64,000 nucleotides of DNA, from NCBI GenBank assembly GCA_964016885.1, contig OZ024750.1, positions 26,908,001-26,972,000 on the forward strand. The letters run 5' to 3'. Within the stretch, counting starts at the first letter, position 1, and the number at the start of each line of letters is the position of its first letter. This stretch comes from Eledone cirrhosa. Taxonomy: Eukaryota. The position numbers and the translations under genes were made by a program. Shown piece after piece: positions 28,660 through 42,156 of this stretch. A model generated the notes under the pieces. The model was not told the origin of the DNA and did not search any database. It saw nothing but the letters and a program-made list of their open reading frames with translations.

Positions 28660-31140
28660 TTGTTTACGGAGACATATCCAGGTGTAGGAGGTTTATACGG
28701 GATTTCTTGAAGGAACTTGTTCAAAGACGTCTTGAACTTTATGTGGTCTGTTTCTGTTTTAATATGTTTTGGTGTAATGTTAGAGAGAGTGGTGGCCAAT
28801 TGAGGTGAAATAATTGTGCCGTATTATTGTTATGAGATACAAGTGTGATTTTTGTTGTGAGCGGATAGCCCAAGCCTTAAAGCTGATGGATGCAAACATC
28901 ATTTGGGCAATGCTGATGGAATATTTTCCACATCATGCAGATGATGTAGCGCTCACGTCGACTTTGGAGAAATTAAAGCTTGAGTTTTTCTAGTTGACCC
29001 CAATAGCCAAGTCCTTACATGACATCGATCTTTTTGTGCTTGACATTTGAGGTGCTTAAACTTTCATGATACTTTGTTGCGTGTGGGGAGACCACACTGG
29101 GATACATATCCGGTAGGTTCTGGCGAAATTGGAGAAGAGAAGGACAATTGTGTGGATATGCCTCGACTGGAAAGTTCCGAGAATCCAGGAACACATTCTG
29201 CGGGCCATGTTAATTTTTCAGTTTATATGTTTGGCCCAGATTATGTTGTTGTCTACAATTACTCCCTACTCTTTGATGTTGTTGGTTGCCATAAGAGTTT
29301 CACCTGAAGGAACGGAGTATGGGAGTTTCAGTGCTTCCTCTTTTCCAAAGTGGATTAATTAAAATTTATCACTATTCAACACCATATTGTTCTTTTCCGC
29401 CCATTGGATAACAGTCAGTAAATCTGTTTGAAGGCATATCCGGTCACCCACTCCATTGATGACCTTCTAGAGCTTGGAATCATTTAAAATGTTTATTATA
29501 TTACTGTGCTTGATGATGTCATTAATATCATTTGTATACATGATTAAAAGAAGTGGGCCCAACACAGTGCCTTGTGGAACGTCACTACGGACTTTGGCTG
29601 TGCTTGATTTTTCTCCTTTGATTACAACATGTTAGGCTTTGTCCGTCAGGAATTACATGATCCATTGCAGTAACGTTCCAGAGACACCAATGCTGGATAG
29701 TCTTCTATTCATTACAATCTTGTGGTCAACCCTGTCACAGGTGTTACTTAAATCAAGGTAGAAGAAATCTGTGTTGGTGTCCTCTCCCAATGCTCTCAAA
29801 ATGTCATTAAACTGGTGTAGAAGCTGCGTTAGGCAGTCCATTCATTTACGAAACTCATATTGTTTGGAGTTCAGCAGTCTTTTTCTTTGTGCGTTGGAGA
29901 TTAACACCACTGATACAGCACACATCGGCCATATCAGGATTGCTGAAAACAGAGCAGTATTGTTTCTGCAGTATCTCTCCCATGTTTAGGCATTATCTTG
30001 GAGAGTGCAATTTTCATTAATAAGAGGGCTAGCATTGGAGACAGTGATCTTGTGTTTTTTTCGCAAATGAAAATAACACTTTGGGATTGAGTTTGAGTTT
30101 CTCAATGGCCTATTTCTCTTCAGCTGTTCTTTGGTTATTGATTTTGGTCTTCATACATTCTTGGAAGTTATATCTTTTTTAAACGAGCAGTTCGGTAGCC
30201 ATCGAATGTGTGTGTTGCTGTTGGCAGTATCTTAGTTTAACTTTTTGTTTGTTCTTCGTATTTTTCTGGTAATAGTTTTTCTGTTTGGAGGGATTCTGGA
30301 CTTAGTTTTATTCACAGGTCTTGGCGGAGTGTGTTTTGCACATATGTTTGTGACACTGTCTACAAAGATCTGCCAAGCTGTTTTCATGTTGGTGGAGATG
30401 TGTGCGTTTGTAAAAGTCCAGTCAACATGTGATAGCTCATTCATGATTGCATCCCAATTGGCATTATAGAGATCCATGTTATCAAATGAGTGAGCTGGAT
30501 TAGATTTCGTCTGAAAGAAGGGTTTTTCGACTGTAATATTTTGTATAGTGTTAGTGCGGTTATAAACAGTAGGTCCAAAAGTTTCTTCTGATATCTTGTT
30601 GGTGCAAGAACAAGTTGGGAAAAGAAAATCTCATTAATAAAGTGGAGAATTGACTCTAATGCTTCTTTGTCAGCAGTTGAGGTGGGGATGCCTGGTTTCA
30701 GACTGTATGTAGACCAATCAACACAGGGTAGATTAAAGTCTCCCATCATAAGTATGTTACCAGAATGGCACTGTTGAGTAAAGCACTTAATACGGTTGAA
30801 GCATTCTTTAAAGCGCAGTATGGTTGTTTCAGGTGGCCTATAGAGCCCAACTACTATCAGGTCATTGGCATTGTCCTGCACGGTGACTGATGCACAACAG
30901 CCATTAGAGAATGCGGTATTTCCATCTGGCGTAAAGGAATCATTCAGGAAATTGGCAGATCCACCCTTCCTTCTGTCGATACTATCCGCGCGAATGGTTG
31001 TGAAATTCCTCACTTTCATTTCGGCTTACAAATGGCAGTTGTCAAGGTGGGTCTCTGTAAGAATGAAGAAAGGGATATGGTGTGGATGGTTACGAACCCA
31101 ATTCTTAATGAATTGGACCTTCCATTTTTGTGCATTGAGT
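28660..31140 (-). mobile_element. Decayed CR1/L2-group LINE ORF2 (APE plus RT)
   Basis: VVGLYRPP, MGDFNLPCVDW, PTR..LLDL, YLDLSNTCDRVDH, VPQGTVLGPLL. Confidence 0.85.
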
Positions 31141-31309
31141 AGAAATGTGGAGGCTAGTGTAGTGGGTGGGTTTGACTTGTTTTGTGTTTGCGCGTTAGTG
31201 ATTGCTATGTGGGGAGTTGGTGCAATGGGGTCATAGCATAGGATGGTGTTATGTGACAGCTAGAAGGTTCTTTTGTGTGTTTTGTGCCAGGTGCATCATG
31301 GCTAAAAAA

Positions 31310-31378
<69 letters not shown>

Positions 31379-31424
31379 GGGTTAAATATATATATATAAC
31401 TTTCAATAGATAATAAAATAATAA

Positions 31425-33820
31425 AAATCCCCAGGAAAAGACAAAATACAAAACTTTTGGATAAATGCCTTCACAGAGTCTCAAGAGCTGTTAGCCCAAC
31501 TTTACAATGAAATAGTTAAGGAGCCAGAAAAGATACCTTCATGGCTAGTTAACGGCATTACATTCCTGCTTCCGAAGAATGATGAGACAAACAATCCCCA
31601 AAATTACAGACCGATAACTTGCTTGACCACAATGTATAAAATGTTAACATCAGTCCTAACTGAATACACATATGACCACCTGATAACAAATGACCTATTT
31701 CCCATTGAGCAGAAAGGGTGTAAACGAGGCTCATATGGCTGTAAGGATCAGCTTTTGGTTAACAAAATGATACTGGAAGATTGTCATAATAAACACAAAA
31801 ATCTATCGATTGCTTGGATAGATTATAAAAAAGCATTCGATAGTTTGCCACACAGTTGGATTGAAAAATGTTTAGAGATTTTCAAAATATCCCCCGTTGT
31901 CAGGAGGTTTTTGTCATTCAGTATGAAGACATGGAAAACGAGACTCCTTTTGAATAGTGAAACAAAATCACTGGAAGCTGGAGAAGTTAATATTAATTGT
32001 GGAATTTTTCAGGGTGACTCTTTATCACCGCTTTTATTCTGCATCGCACTTATACCATTAAGTAAAATGCTCAATGAAACAAAACATGGATATAAAGTCT
32101 ATGACAAAACCATTAATCACTTGTTCTACATGGATGACCTGAAACTATTTGCAAAAAATGATGAACAATTGCAAGGTCTATTATCCACTGTGGAGCAGTT
32201 CAGTGATGACATTAAAATGGAGTTTGGACTAGATAAATGCGCCAAAGCAACGTTCACCAGAGGAAAGCTGCTGAAGAGTTCAGACATTAATCTTGATCGG
32301 GGGAACGTGATAAGAGAACTTGATCAAGAAAAAACTTACAAATATCTAGGTGTTTGTGAAGGAGACGGAATCAAGCACTCGACAATGAGGGAAAGGATAA
32401 GGAAGGAATGTTACCGCAGAGTAAGAGCAATCTTAAGAACGGAATTGAATGCAAGGAATAGGATCGATGCCATAAACACGCTTGCCATACCAGTAGTAAC
32501 CTACAGTTACAATGTCATCAACTGGTCAAGCACAGAGATCCGTAGGCTCGATACAAAAATTCGAAAATTCTTAACCATGCACAGAATGCATCACCCTAAG
32601 GCAGATATAGATAGAATATATCTCCCTAGGAAAGAAGGAGGACGTGGGTTAATGTAGTTAGACATTGCGTTGAAAACTGCAACAATTGGATTATCTACAT
32701 ATCTAAGGGAATCACATGATTGGATGATCAAACTCGTTTTGAAACACGAAAGCATCAAAAGATCATATTCCATTACAAAAGATGCACAAAGATACAGTAA
32801 TGGACTACAAATTTCAGAAGTCTCATTTACTGCTGAAATGGAAAACACAGAAAAAGCAAAGCAGGTAAAAGTAACTGCAAAGAAAGAACTGCTACAGAAA
32901 CTGGCTAAGAAATGGCAAGAAAAGCCTCTGTATGGAAAATACCCAGAGCGAGCTAACAATCCTGATGTTGACAAAACTTTAACCCATCAGTGGTTGGCAT
33001 CCTCTGGACTGAAATCGGAGACTGAAGGACTGATTATATCAGCACAAGATCAGTGTCTGCCAACAAAAAATTACCAAGCCAACATAATAAAAAATGGATG
33101 CAGCCCATTATGCCGTGTATGCAAAAAACAACCAGAGACCATTGACCATATAATTTCAATGTGCAGTCCTATAGCTCCAACCGAATACCTAAACAGGCAT
33201 GACAGAGCTACACAATACATACATTGGATAATGTGTAAGCATTTTGACCTGCCCCATCAAAAGAATTGGTGGGAGCATCAACCACCTCCCATACTTGAAA
33301 ACGATCACATCTCAATCTTGTGGAACTTTAGCATCCAAACAGACCGAAAAATAGATGCGAATAGACCTGATATAATATTGAAGGACTTTAAAAAGAGGGT
33401 ATGCCTGCTAATTGATATGTCTGTTCCAATAGACAAGAATGTATCTATAAAAACATTTGAAAAATTGAGCAAGTATAAGGACCTGGAGATAGAAATTGGA
33501 AAAATGTGGAAATTGAGAACTAAAACAATACCAGTGGTTGTAGGCGCTCTGGGAATGATACCTAAGGGGTCTAATGATTACTTATCGCAAATCCCAGGAA
33601 ACCCGCGTATAGGAGAAATACAAAAGATAGTACTAATGGGAACTGCCCATATACTAAGGAAGATTCTGTCAATATAAGTACATCACAAGTCTAAACACTA
33701 AAGATGCATGTGTGAGTATGTATGTTCTTTCTTGAACATGGCGGACCTTGTTGTCTCTTGAGGTCACTGGTTGTGACTTGGTGATAACTCGTATGAACAT
33801 AAAGCAAGATAAATGCAACT

Positions 33821-33821
<1 letters not shown>
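31425..33821 (+). mobile_element. R4/Dong-clade non-LTR retrotransposon (RT plus restriction-like endonuclease), 5'-truncated
   Basis: One frame 31425-33677 with a single TAG at 32655: NYRPITCL, IDYKKAFDS, GIFQGDSLSP, YMDD, CRVC..H..C, RHD, RPDIIL..LID, KLSKY; followed by (TAA)n. Confidence 0.93.

Positions 33822-33905
<84 letters not shown>
33822..33905. repeat. (TAA)n microsatellite (target or tail of the R4/Dong element)
   Basis: Direct inspection. Confidence 0.95.
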
Positions 33906-33907
<2 letters not shown>

Positions 33908-34049
33908 GGCATGCTTGCTTGGAACGGCAAGAACCCTCCGATACGTCCTGAATATCTGAGGCTGCAGGTAGTGGCTTGATATTCAATCCAACGGACTTTC
34001 CAGTTAACCAACATCAATGACTGAGATTCAAGGAATAACAATAATAGTA

Positions 34050-34080
<31 letters not shown>

Positions 34081-34081
34081 T

Positions 34082-34200
34082 GATTTCTTTATTAACCGCA
34101 AGGGTTTACACAAAGTAAGACATTAAGGACAATACAGGACAGTACAAATGGGCATTTCTGCGTGTAAAAAAACAAAAACAGAGGATGTAACCAAATAAAT
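34082..34200 (-). mobile_element. Tx1-like 3' UTR end followed by (ATT)n
   Basis: Reverse complement cccttgcggttaataaagaaatc matches cccttgtggctaataaagaaatc at 25988. Confidence 0.6.
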
Positions 34201-34939
34201 AAATAATTTAGACACCCTGATATACTCTCAAACCTTACTTCTAAAACAATATATAACACTAATTAAATAGTTGACAACAGTGTATCTAACACTAATTACT
34301 CCATTATATATTATATAAATCCCTATCTTGTTATTAAAATGTTTAACTCTCTCTACACAATCTGAATATATATATGTATAAATATTATATAAATCCCTAT
34401 ATTGTTATTAAAAAATGTTAACTCTCTCTACACAATATGAATGGATAAGAATAACAAATAACTTTTATATATAATTATTTAACAATCATTAATAATATTT
34501 TATAATTTATAAATATTAATTCATAACACTATTTAATGAAAGATAACTTTCAATAGATAATAAAATTCATTTACAATAATAAAACAACCCTCATTTTATT
34601 AACAACTTTAAATACTTCCTTAATTACCTCCCTTTTTTATTAACTCCCCTTGAGAATATCGTTTCGTTTATTTTTTTAAATTCATAACGTTAAAATTAAT
34701 TAATTAGTTTTAAGTTATATTATATGATAAAATAAAATGACAGAGATGAAATAAATTAAGAGTGAAAAATAGAGATATATAAAATAAGAATGTAAATATA
34801 AGAGATTTGATGTTGTTCTTTGATAGATGATGACAATTATAATTATAATTATAATTATAATGATGATGATGTTGATAATGGGATATTATAATAGATCCAA
34901 GTGGTATAATCTGGGTTATGGATTAGATAAGATGGAATT

Positions 34940-35960
34940 AAGCTGGTCTAAAGTTCTCAAATTTAGTCGCTGATTTATGTCGACAAAAAATGTTTTTTTC
35001 AATTTTACTGTTAAGAAGAATTTTTTTTATAATTTAAAATTTGGAAAAGTTCCATATTACAGAGATCACAGTGGGACATACAAATTTAATAGGCCTTTGC
35101 TTATGATAGCTTTGTCCAGCTGATTTTATATTCCATGTTTGCATCTTTAAGTTGCCAGATTTTATTGGCGAGTCGTTGTCTTTGAGAGATTCCTGTTAGT
35201 CATAGAATGTCTATGTACGTACCACCTTTTCTTAAACTCCCCAGATGTGGAGCCAATGTAATCCCATGCTAAGCTACCTGAATTTATAGTACATAGTATA
35301 CTGTATTTGTCTCTAGGCATCTGTTTTGTAAAGGGCATTTGTCAGGTAGATGGCAGTTACAATTAGATGCTTTTCTATGCGCCGGTTCTTCTATATGGTT
35401 TTGTAGGTTGCTATGTATGGGCTGAGAATTAGGTTTGTTGATGTATTGTGGTGATGTGCTCTGACGTGTGTTTGGTTGTGATGATGTTATATGCTTATGT
35501 TTTGTATTAGGTGTTATGGTACTTATTTGCGGGCCACTTGTATTATAAATTCATTTATAGTTAATTTTATGTATGTGCGATTCTATGTTGTTGGCAGTGG
35601 AGTATGATAGTTTGATAGTTTTTCTATTAAAGATTTTAGGATATTTATGTTATGAATTTTAGGGAAATGTTGTCAACTAATTTGAAGAAAGTGTAAGGTA
35701 GCTTAGTTTTTATAGAAGAGTTAAACATTGGATTGAACCATAAGTAGTTTCTATTTCTGCATCTTCTATAGTTATTAGTGGTCTTTGTATTAGTATTCTG
35801 TTCCTTTAATTTACATGCTTGTTGCCAATTTTTATGTTTAGTCCTAGATTTGTTATTTCTGTAGGTGTGGATGGTGCTATAAATTATTAAGTGTGTTGTT
35901 ATTTGTTGTATCTGGTATGTATTTGAGTCTCTCTTTATGGCCTGCCTTAAGTAAAGTTAT
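34940..35960 (-). mobile_element. Decayed Penelope-like 3' fragment with GIY-YIG
   Basis: LWFNPMFNSSIKT, Cys linker, WDYIGSTSGEFKKRWYVHRHS. Confidence 0.8.
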
Positions 35961-36869
35961 GTTGTAGTAGTTCAGTGGTTGTAGTGTTTCAGTGGTTCTC
36001 GAGTGTATATGTGTAGTGGATGCCGCATTGGGGAGAACATATGGGGGAAGTAATCATAGGAGGGAGGGTGTACTTCATGGATGGGTCAGGTCATATTTTA
36101 TGATTCTGGTCAGGTCTTTATTAACACAGCATAGCGCCAGCCACATCTCTTGTGAGTCCATCGATTTCACTCTGTGCACCTTATCTAACACAGCCATCTC
36201 CCTGATTGTATCCCCTTCTTGTCCTCTTTCGTACTTAGGCCTTTTGCCTCTGATGCGATTAGTTTTAGGCTTTTCAACTTTAGGTTCTTGCATGTTTGAA
36301 GTTTTGTCCCTTACCATCCTACGGATTCAGTTGAAGTACTCAGTACAGTTTTGAAATACTCAGTAAAGAACAGTGAAGAACAGTGATAAATAGGAGATGA
36401 CTAAGGACTGAGCCCTGCTGGACATCGAACTGCACGTCATCACTCTACTGGCATCCAGCTTTTTTATACATGGCCCAAACTGCTTTCACAAGTCATTTAT
36501 CTACTAGTGTATTCTTTACACTGACATCACCAATATACAGACTAAGAAGTAAAACTATTGCCTTTCCTTTCCTTGAACCGTCTTTAGACTCTTCGTCATC
36601 GCCCTTACAAGCCACGAAAGGGGAAGATGAGTCGCTATTATAAGCAATCAACAAAGGTCCCTTGTTCTATTATGACTGCTGTCATATTAAATCATTTGTG
36701 TGTCAGCCATCTGTGGCCCTTATTTCTTTTTATCTCCCATTTCCACACAGATTTATTTGAACAGACACTAATCTCTATTGCTTTTCGGGGTCAATCATTT
36801 TTGACGCCAATCCGTAGGTGAAACTATTTTCTTCTTGTGTCTTGGAATGGAACGGCAACTGGAGGAAGA

Positions 36870-37148
36870 TGGGGTGGGATTGGGTAGGAGAGGTGAGATG
36901 GGGTATGTGGGGTTGGGTGGTGAGGTAGGGTGGGTGAGGTGGGGTGGGTAAGGTAGGGTGGTGAGGTAGGGTGGGTGAGGTGGGGTGGGTAAGGTAGGGT
37001 GGTGAGGTGGAGAGGTAGGGTGGTGATGTGGGGAGGGTGCGGTGGGGTGGTGAGGTAGGGTGGTGATGTAGGGAGGGTGTGGTGGGGTTGTGAGGTAGGG
37101 TGGTGAGGTAGGGAGGTTGTGGTGGGGTGGTGAGGTAGGGTGGGAGTG
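36870..37148 (+). repeat. G-rich imperfect tandem repeat (ggtgaggtagggtg)
   Basis: Direct inspection. Confidence 0.85.
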
Positions 37149-37307
37149 GGATTTTATAAAAAAAATTGCCTTTAGAGTTGATTATAATGAGAGCGGTAAT
37201 ATTGTCGTCATAGTTGTTGTTCAAGTCAGTGATGACGAAGATGGTGATGCTGGGAAATAGGTATATTAGATCGAAAGATTATGGTGGAGTTGGACGAGAG
37301 GTAGTAA

Positions 37308-37415
37308 TAGTTGTTTCTACTTTTGGCACAAGGCCAGCTATTACCCAGTACATTACTGGTACTTTATTTTATCGACCCAATAAGGATGAAAGTAAAAATT
37401 AACCTCGATGGGATT
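37308..37415 (-). mobile_element. OK-like SINE 3' part
   Basis: ggcacaaggccagc..actggtactttattttatcgaccc. Confidence 0.8.
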
Positions 37416-37514
37416 GACTAATAATAGTGAAACAACACAATAAACCTTTGATGTCATATTTCTCTTGAGCAAAAGACAAATATATTACACACATACTCAG
37501 GCGTATATATATAC

Positions 37515-37604
<90 letters not shown>

Positions 37605-37938
37605 TAATAAAAACAATGAATAAAAAAAGAAACAGTTCCTTATATTAAAAAATTGATAATTCTACGATCGATTCTAGGATATATATGTGTGTGTTGGTCA
37701 TGTATCATATAGATATATGTAAACATTTTACAAACTATCAGAGGGAATATACATACCTAGACATATATATGCTGTCTTCAGAAATTGACTCTGTTTTCCT
37801 GTGATTTTCATCGAAAAAATTTTGAATACATCTCTTTTCATGATATTTGGATTACATTGAATTCTTCATACGGATTGGACACTACCGTATATTTTGGTAG
37901 ATTTATCTACACACACACACATATATGTATATATATAT

Positions 37939-37988
<50 letters not shown>

Positions 37989-37993
<5 letters not shown>

Positions 37994-38531
37994 AATCATT
38001 TTTTAATTTATTTAAAGGATTGTTTAATGTTTGTTTGTTCTGCTCATCAATTTTTATAGTTCTGGTATCTCAAATTAGTACCATAGAACAACAATTATAT
38101 TATAAACACCCTATATATCTCTATGGGTACTTAGTACTCAGTGAGATATTTACCTCATTTTTATACATTCTCCAATGTATGTAGAGAAAAAAATTCGTTG
38201 TTGCTTACTGCTATTTTTTTAGCAGCCAACCCATCAACAAGTCTGTAATATTCCCGCTTGCACTAGCGGCCGGGTCACGTGTGGGTCACTTTAACGCCCA
38301 TAACTCATACGAGCTGGTAGTTGGCATTATATTTGCGGACCGTGGGACGTTTGTCCTATAGAAAGGAAATAGCTATCTGATGAAATCTACTTTCCGTTGG
38401 AAATTCTCTGAATTTCCAATCTTTTGTAGATGGAAACCGCCGGTAATAGCATTATGAACAGGTAGATATTTAAATCATTTTTTAATTTATTTAAAGGATT
38501 GTTTAATGTTTGTTTGTTCTGCTCATCAATT

Positions 38532-38532
<1 letters not shown>
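37989..38532 (+). mobile_element. Retrozyme-like monomer (family B relative) with an about 64-nt terminal redundancy, period 479, in (TA)n
   Basis: 37989-38052 recurs at 38468-38531; homologous along its length to 21460-21986. Confidence 0.85.
38372..38450 (+). ncRNA. Type I hammerhead with extended stem II (family B)
   Basis: gctat-CTGATGA-a atctac..ttggaaatt ctctg aatttccaa..gtagat g-GAAA-cc gcc gg-TA-atagc. Confidence 0.9.
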
Positions 38533-38613
<81 letters not shown>

Positions 38614-38617
<4 letters not shown>

Positions 38618-38813
38618 AAACAAGGGCCTGTGTGGTTACTTGATAAAGTGTATTTAGAAATAAAAGGAAAGCACAAACAAGGGACAGTCACCTCTTCAGT
38701 TGTCTGTTGGAGATCACGGATATTTCAACGCATTAAAGACAAATGTGTTGAAATGTTCGTGATCTCCAGCAGACAACTGAAGAGGGGACTGCCCCTTGTC
38801 TGTTCTTTCCTTT

Positions 38814-38820
<7 letters not shown>
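38614..38820. repeat. Fold-back element (arms about 78 bp, one-sided tail) between microsatellites
   Basis: 38656-38733 is inverted at 38742-38820. Confidence 0.85.
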
Positions 38821-38877
<57 letters not shown>

Positions 38878-39034
38878 AGTAAAAAGTATCGAGAATCGAA
38901 TTTCAGCTCAGGAATTAACGAGAATCACTTCCGAGTTGTGTGGCAAGCGCTCGATAATTCACATGAATTAGAGCTTACAACTTACGTTAAAGGCCAAACA
39001 CACTGTTTGTGTGTTTGTGTGTGTGTGTGTATCA

Positions 39035-39790
39035 TTATTGGCAGTATCGGTAGAGCGTCAGACACAATGCTTTGCAGTATAGCGTTATGGCCCTTTATGT
39101 TCTGAGTTCAAATCCCGCCGACGTTAACTTTGCCTTTCATCCTTTCGGGGTCAATAAAATAAAGTACCAGTAATACACTGAGATAATTGCTGGCCTTGTG
39201 CCAAATGTAGAAACAATTATTATTAAATTGACAGTCTCGATAGAGCGTCGGACAATATGCTTTATGGCATAGGGTTACGTCCCTTTACGATCTGAGTTCA
39301 AATCCCGCCGAAGTTAGCTTGGCATTTCATCTTTACAAGGTTGATAAAATAAAGTACCAGTAATGCACTGGGGTCAATCTAAACAATTAAATAATTGTTG
39401 GCCTTGTGTCTAAAGTAAAAACAATTATTATTATTATTATTTGCGGCATAAAATAAAGTACCAGTAATGCACTGATATTTGCTGACCTTGTGCCAAAATT
39501 AGAAACAATTATTATTTGCGGCATATAGTTACGTCCCTTTATGTTCTGAGTTCAAATTCTAGCCTTTCATCGTTACGGCGGTCGATAAAATAAAGTACCA
39601 GTAATACACTGCTTCGATTTAATCGACTTTCCCCTTCCTCAGCATTGTTGCCCTTGTCCCTTTACGGTCTGAGTTCAAATCCCGTCGAGGTTAACTTTGC
39701 CTTTCATCCTTACGGGGTCGATAAAATAAAGTACCAGTAATGTACTGGAATAATTGTTGGCCTCGTGATAAAAGTAGTAATAATTATTTA
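39035..39790 (+). mobile_element. Head-to-tail cluster of about 5 OK-like SINE copies and fragments
   Basis: Repeated ctgagttcaaat...gataaaataaagtaccagtaat blocks. Confidence 0.85.
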
Positions 39791-39852
39791 GCCTTAATAA
39801 AATGAATATACATATATAGTATGTTGTTGTTGTATCTGGGTGGACGAATATA

Positions 39853-41805
39853 ATGCAGCCCAACAAAAGGACTGCCAACAACTTCCAGGCCTGGAACAAT
39901 GACGTGCCGGCGTTGTATGGGCTCCGAAAAGACCATAAAACGGGCTGGGACCCTGTCGCGGGACCACCAACACGGCCAGTCTGTGGGGCTAACATTGCTA
40001 GTAACTACAGACTGTCCTACTTCCTCTCCCTGATCATACGCCCCATTATTGAGATGTCCCCAGATGTGTGTGACAGCACGGAGGACCTCCTCAGCAGAAT
40101 CGGCGCGGGTAACCGATCTGGGGACCTAACAAACTGCATAATAGGCAGTATGGATGTTGTGTCCCTGTATCCATCTATTGACGTGGATTTTGCTGTGGAG
40201 AAATGCGTCGAAATGATCAGCGAGAGCAAGGTTGAGTTCCGTGGGATTGATACCAGTGAGCTGGGACTTCTACTTAAGCTTACCCATAGTAATAGTTACC
40301 TAGACACTTATGATATTAGCAACCTGTGCCCTACAAGACCAGCAAGGGGCAGACCACCTACCATTACCTCAATGGCCAAGAAAACCCACACAGATAGATG
40401 GAACGGGTGGACCAGAGCCATACGGACACCCGAAAACCACGATGAACTGAAGAAAATGATTGCACATGCGGTAGGGGCCAGCATAAAATTAACCCTTAAG
40501 GAACATATGTTCAAATTTAATGGTAAAACATATGCCCAAGAGGAAGGAGCAGCCATTGGTGTTAGCATTGCAGGCGACATAGCTAACTTATTCATGGTAT
40601 GGTGGGACAGTAGACTTAAACAAAAACTTAATGAACAATTAGAAGACAGCTTAACCCTGATAATGTACTCCCGCTACGTAGATGATATAAACATCGTAGT
40701 TAAGACACCCCCACTAAAGAACAGTCAGGAACTAGAGAAAAACACAATGGAAAGCATCCAGCAAATAGCAAACTCCATCCACCAGAGCAATAGAGTTACT
40801 ATAGACTACCCAAGTAGACACCCCAACCATCGATTACCTGTACTAGACACAGAGCTCTGGTTAGATACCATTAACAACCAAAAACAAATCCTCCATTCCC
40901 ATTATGCCAAACCCATGACTTCCAAACATCTGATCCACCGAAACTCGGCCATTTCGGACCATACCAAAATCAACATACTGATTGCGGATTTGGTACGGGT
41001 GATGAGAAATGTGTCCCGCATGTGCAACCCCGAAGAACTAGAGAGACACATACAACACTTCATCCACCGTATGCAGTTCTCTGGCTACAATCAGAGAGAT
41101 AGGACCAGAGTGTATAAAGGAGCCAGAACCAAATGGGAAAAAATGTTAAATAATGACATAAATGGGACCTGCCCCTTGTATAGGAGCAAATTTTGGAATA
41201 GAATAGAAAGAACTAGGAACAAGGCCAATAGAATAAACTCATGGTATGATAGCAATAAATACCAGAGTGTAATGTTCATCAATACAACCCCTAGAGGCGA
41301 ACTAGCCTACAAATTTAGAAGGGCCCTAAATAAACATAATCTCAATATTAAGATAGTAGAAAGACCTGGTACCTCCATAAAAACACTTATTAGCAAGACA
41401 TACCCGTTCCAAAGACCCTCATGTATAGATAAGAAATGTATAACCTGTAAAATAAGCCCCCATATTAACTGTAAAACTAGAAATGTAGTGTATAGCATAA
41501 GATGTACTGAAGGACAATGTAGAAACAAAAATATAGTGTACATAGGTGAGACAGCTCGTAGTATAAAGGAACGAATAAATGAACACTGGCGAGACCTCCA
41601 AGATAATAAAGAATCATCTGTGCTCTACCAACATGCTAAGATGGAACACAGGGGTAGATTAGAGAGCATAGAAATAAAAATAGAATCCACACACAGAAAA
41701 GACGCAATGTTTAGGCAAATTACAGAGGCAGTAAGCATAAAAGAATTAAAACCAAAATTAAATAGAAAATATGAGTGCAACAGCAACATCACAACTTACA
41801 ATTAA
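39853..41805 (+). CDS. Penelope-like (probably Naiad clade) RT plus GIY-YIG endonuclease, uninterrupted 650 aa, probably 5'-truncated
   Basis: GLRKDHK, RPVCGA, SMDVVSLYPSI, GAAIG, RYVDD, LPVLD, HYAKPM, C-x4-C-x2-C linker, VVYSIRC..C..YIGETARSIKERINEH. Confidence 0.9.
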   Translation: MQPNKRTANNFQAWNNDVPALYGLRKDHKTGWDPVAGPPTRPVCGANIASNYRLSYFLSLIIRPIIEMSPDVCDSTEDLLSRIGAGNRSGDLTNCIIGSMDVVSLYPSIDVDFAVEKCVEMISESKVEFRGIDTSELGLLLKLTHSNSYLDTYDISNLCPTRPARGRPPTITSMAKKTHTDRWNGWTRAIRTPENHDELKKMIAHAVGASIKLTLKEHMFKFNGKTYAQEEGAAIGVSIAGDIANLFMVWWDSRLKQKLNEQLEDSLTLIMYSRYVDDINIVVKTPPLKNSQELEKNTMESIQQIANSIHQSNRVTIDYPSRHPNHRLPVLDTELWLDTINNQKQILHSHYAKPMTSKHLIHRNSAISDHTKINILIADLVRVMRNVSRMCNPEELERHIQHFIHRMQFSGYNQRDRTRVYKGARTKWEKMLNNDINGTCPLYRSKFWNRIERTRNKANRINSWYDSNKYQSVMFINTTPRGELAYKFRRALNKHNLNIKIVERPGTSIKTLISKTYPFQRPSCIDKKCITCKISPHINCKTRNVVYSIRCTEGQCRNKNIVYIGETARSIKERINEHWRDLQDNKESSVLYQHAKMEHRGRLESIEIKIESTHRKDAMFRQITEAVSIKELKPKLNRKYECNSNITTYN

Positions 41806-42111
41806 GGACAAAATGAAAACACACACACACATAGAACAAACAACTTACAATTGAAAACACACACAAAATGAAAACACACACAGGACAAAATGAAAACACA
41901 CACACACATAGAACAAACAACCAACCAACAATAAATAAATAAATAAATAAACAAATAGAAAAATATGAATAGAAAAATAAAAAATAAACACAAACACACA
42001 CAGACACCCGGATGTGGCGCATGCACAAACTGAGCACACAACACACACACAGAAACAAAATGGCGTAGGATAGAAGAAAGCAAAGGCACAGAAACGAAGA
42101 AAGGAATCCCC

Positions 42112-42156
42112 AGTCACTGAAAAGGTCACAGAGTGTGTGACGAAAGGACTATGACT
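42112..42156 (+). ncRNA. Hammerhead-like motif in the Naiad-like 3' pLTR, variant core CTGAAAA
   Basis: agtca-CTGAAAA-g gtcaca gagtg tgtgac-GAAA-ggac-TA-tgact; stems I and II pair perfectly. Confidence 0.72.
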
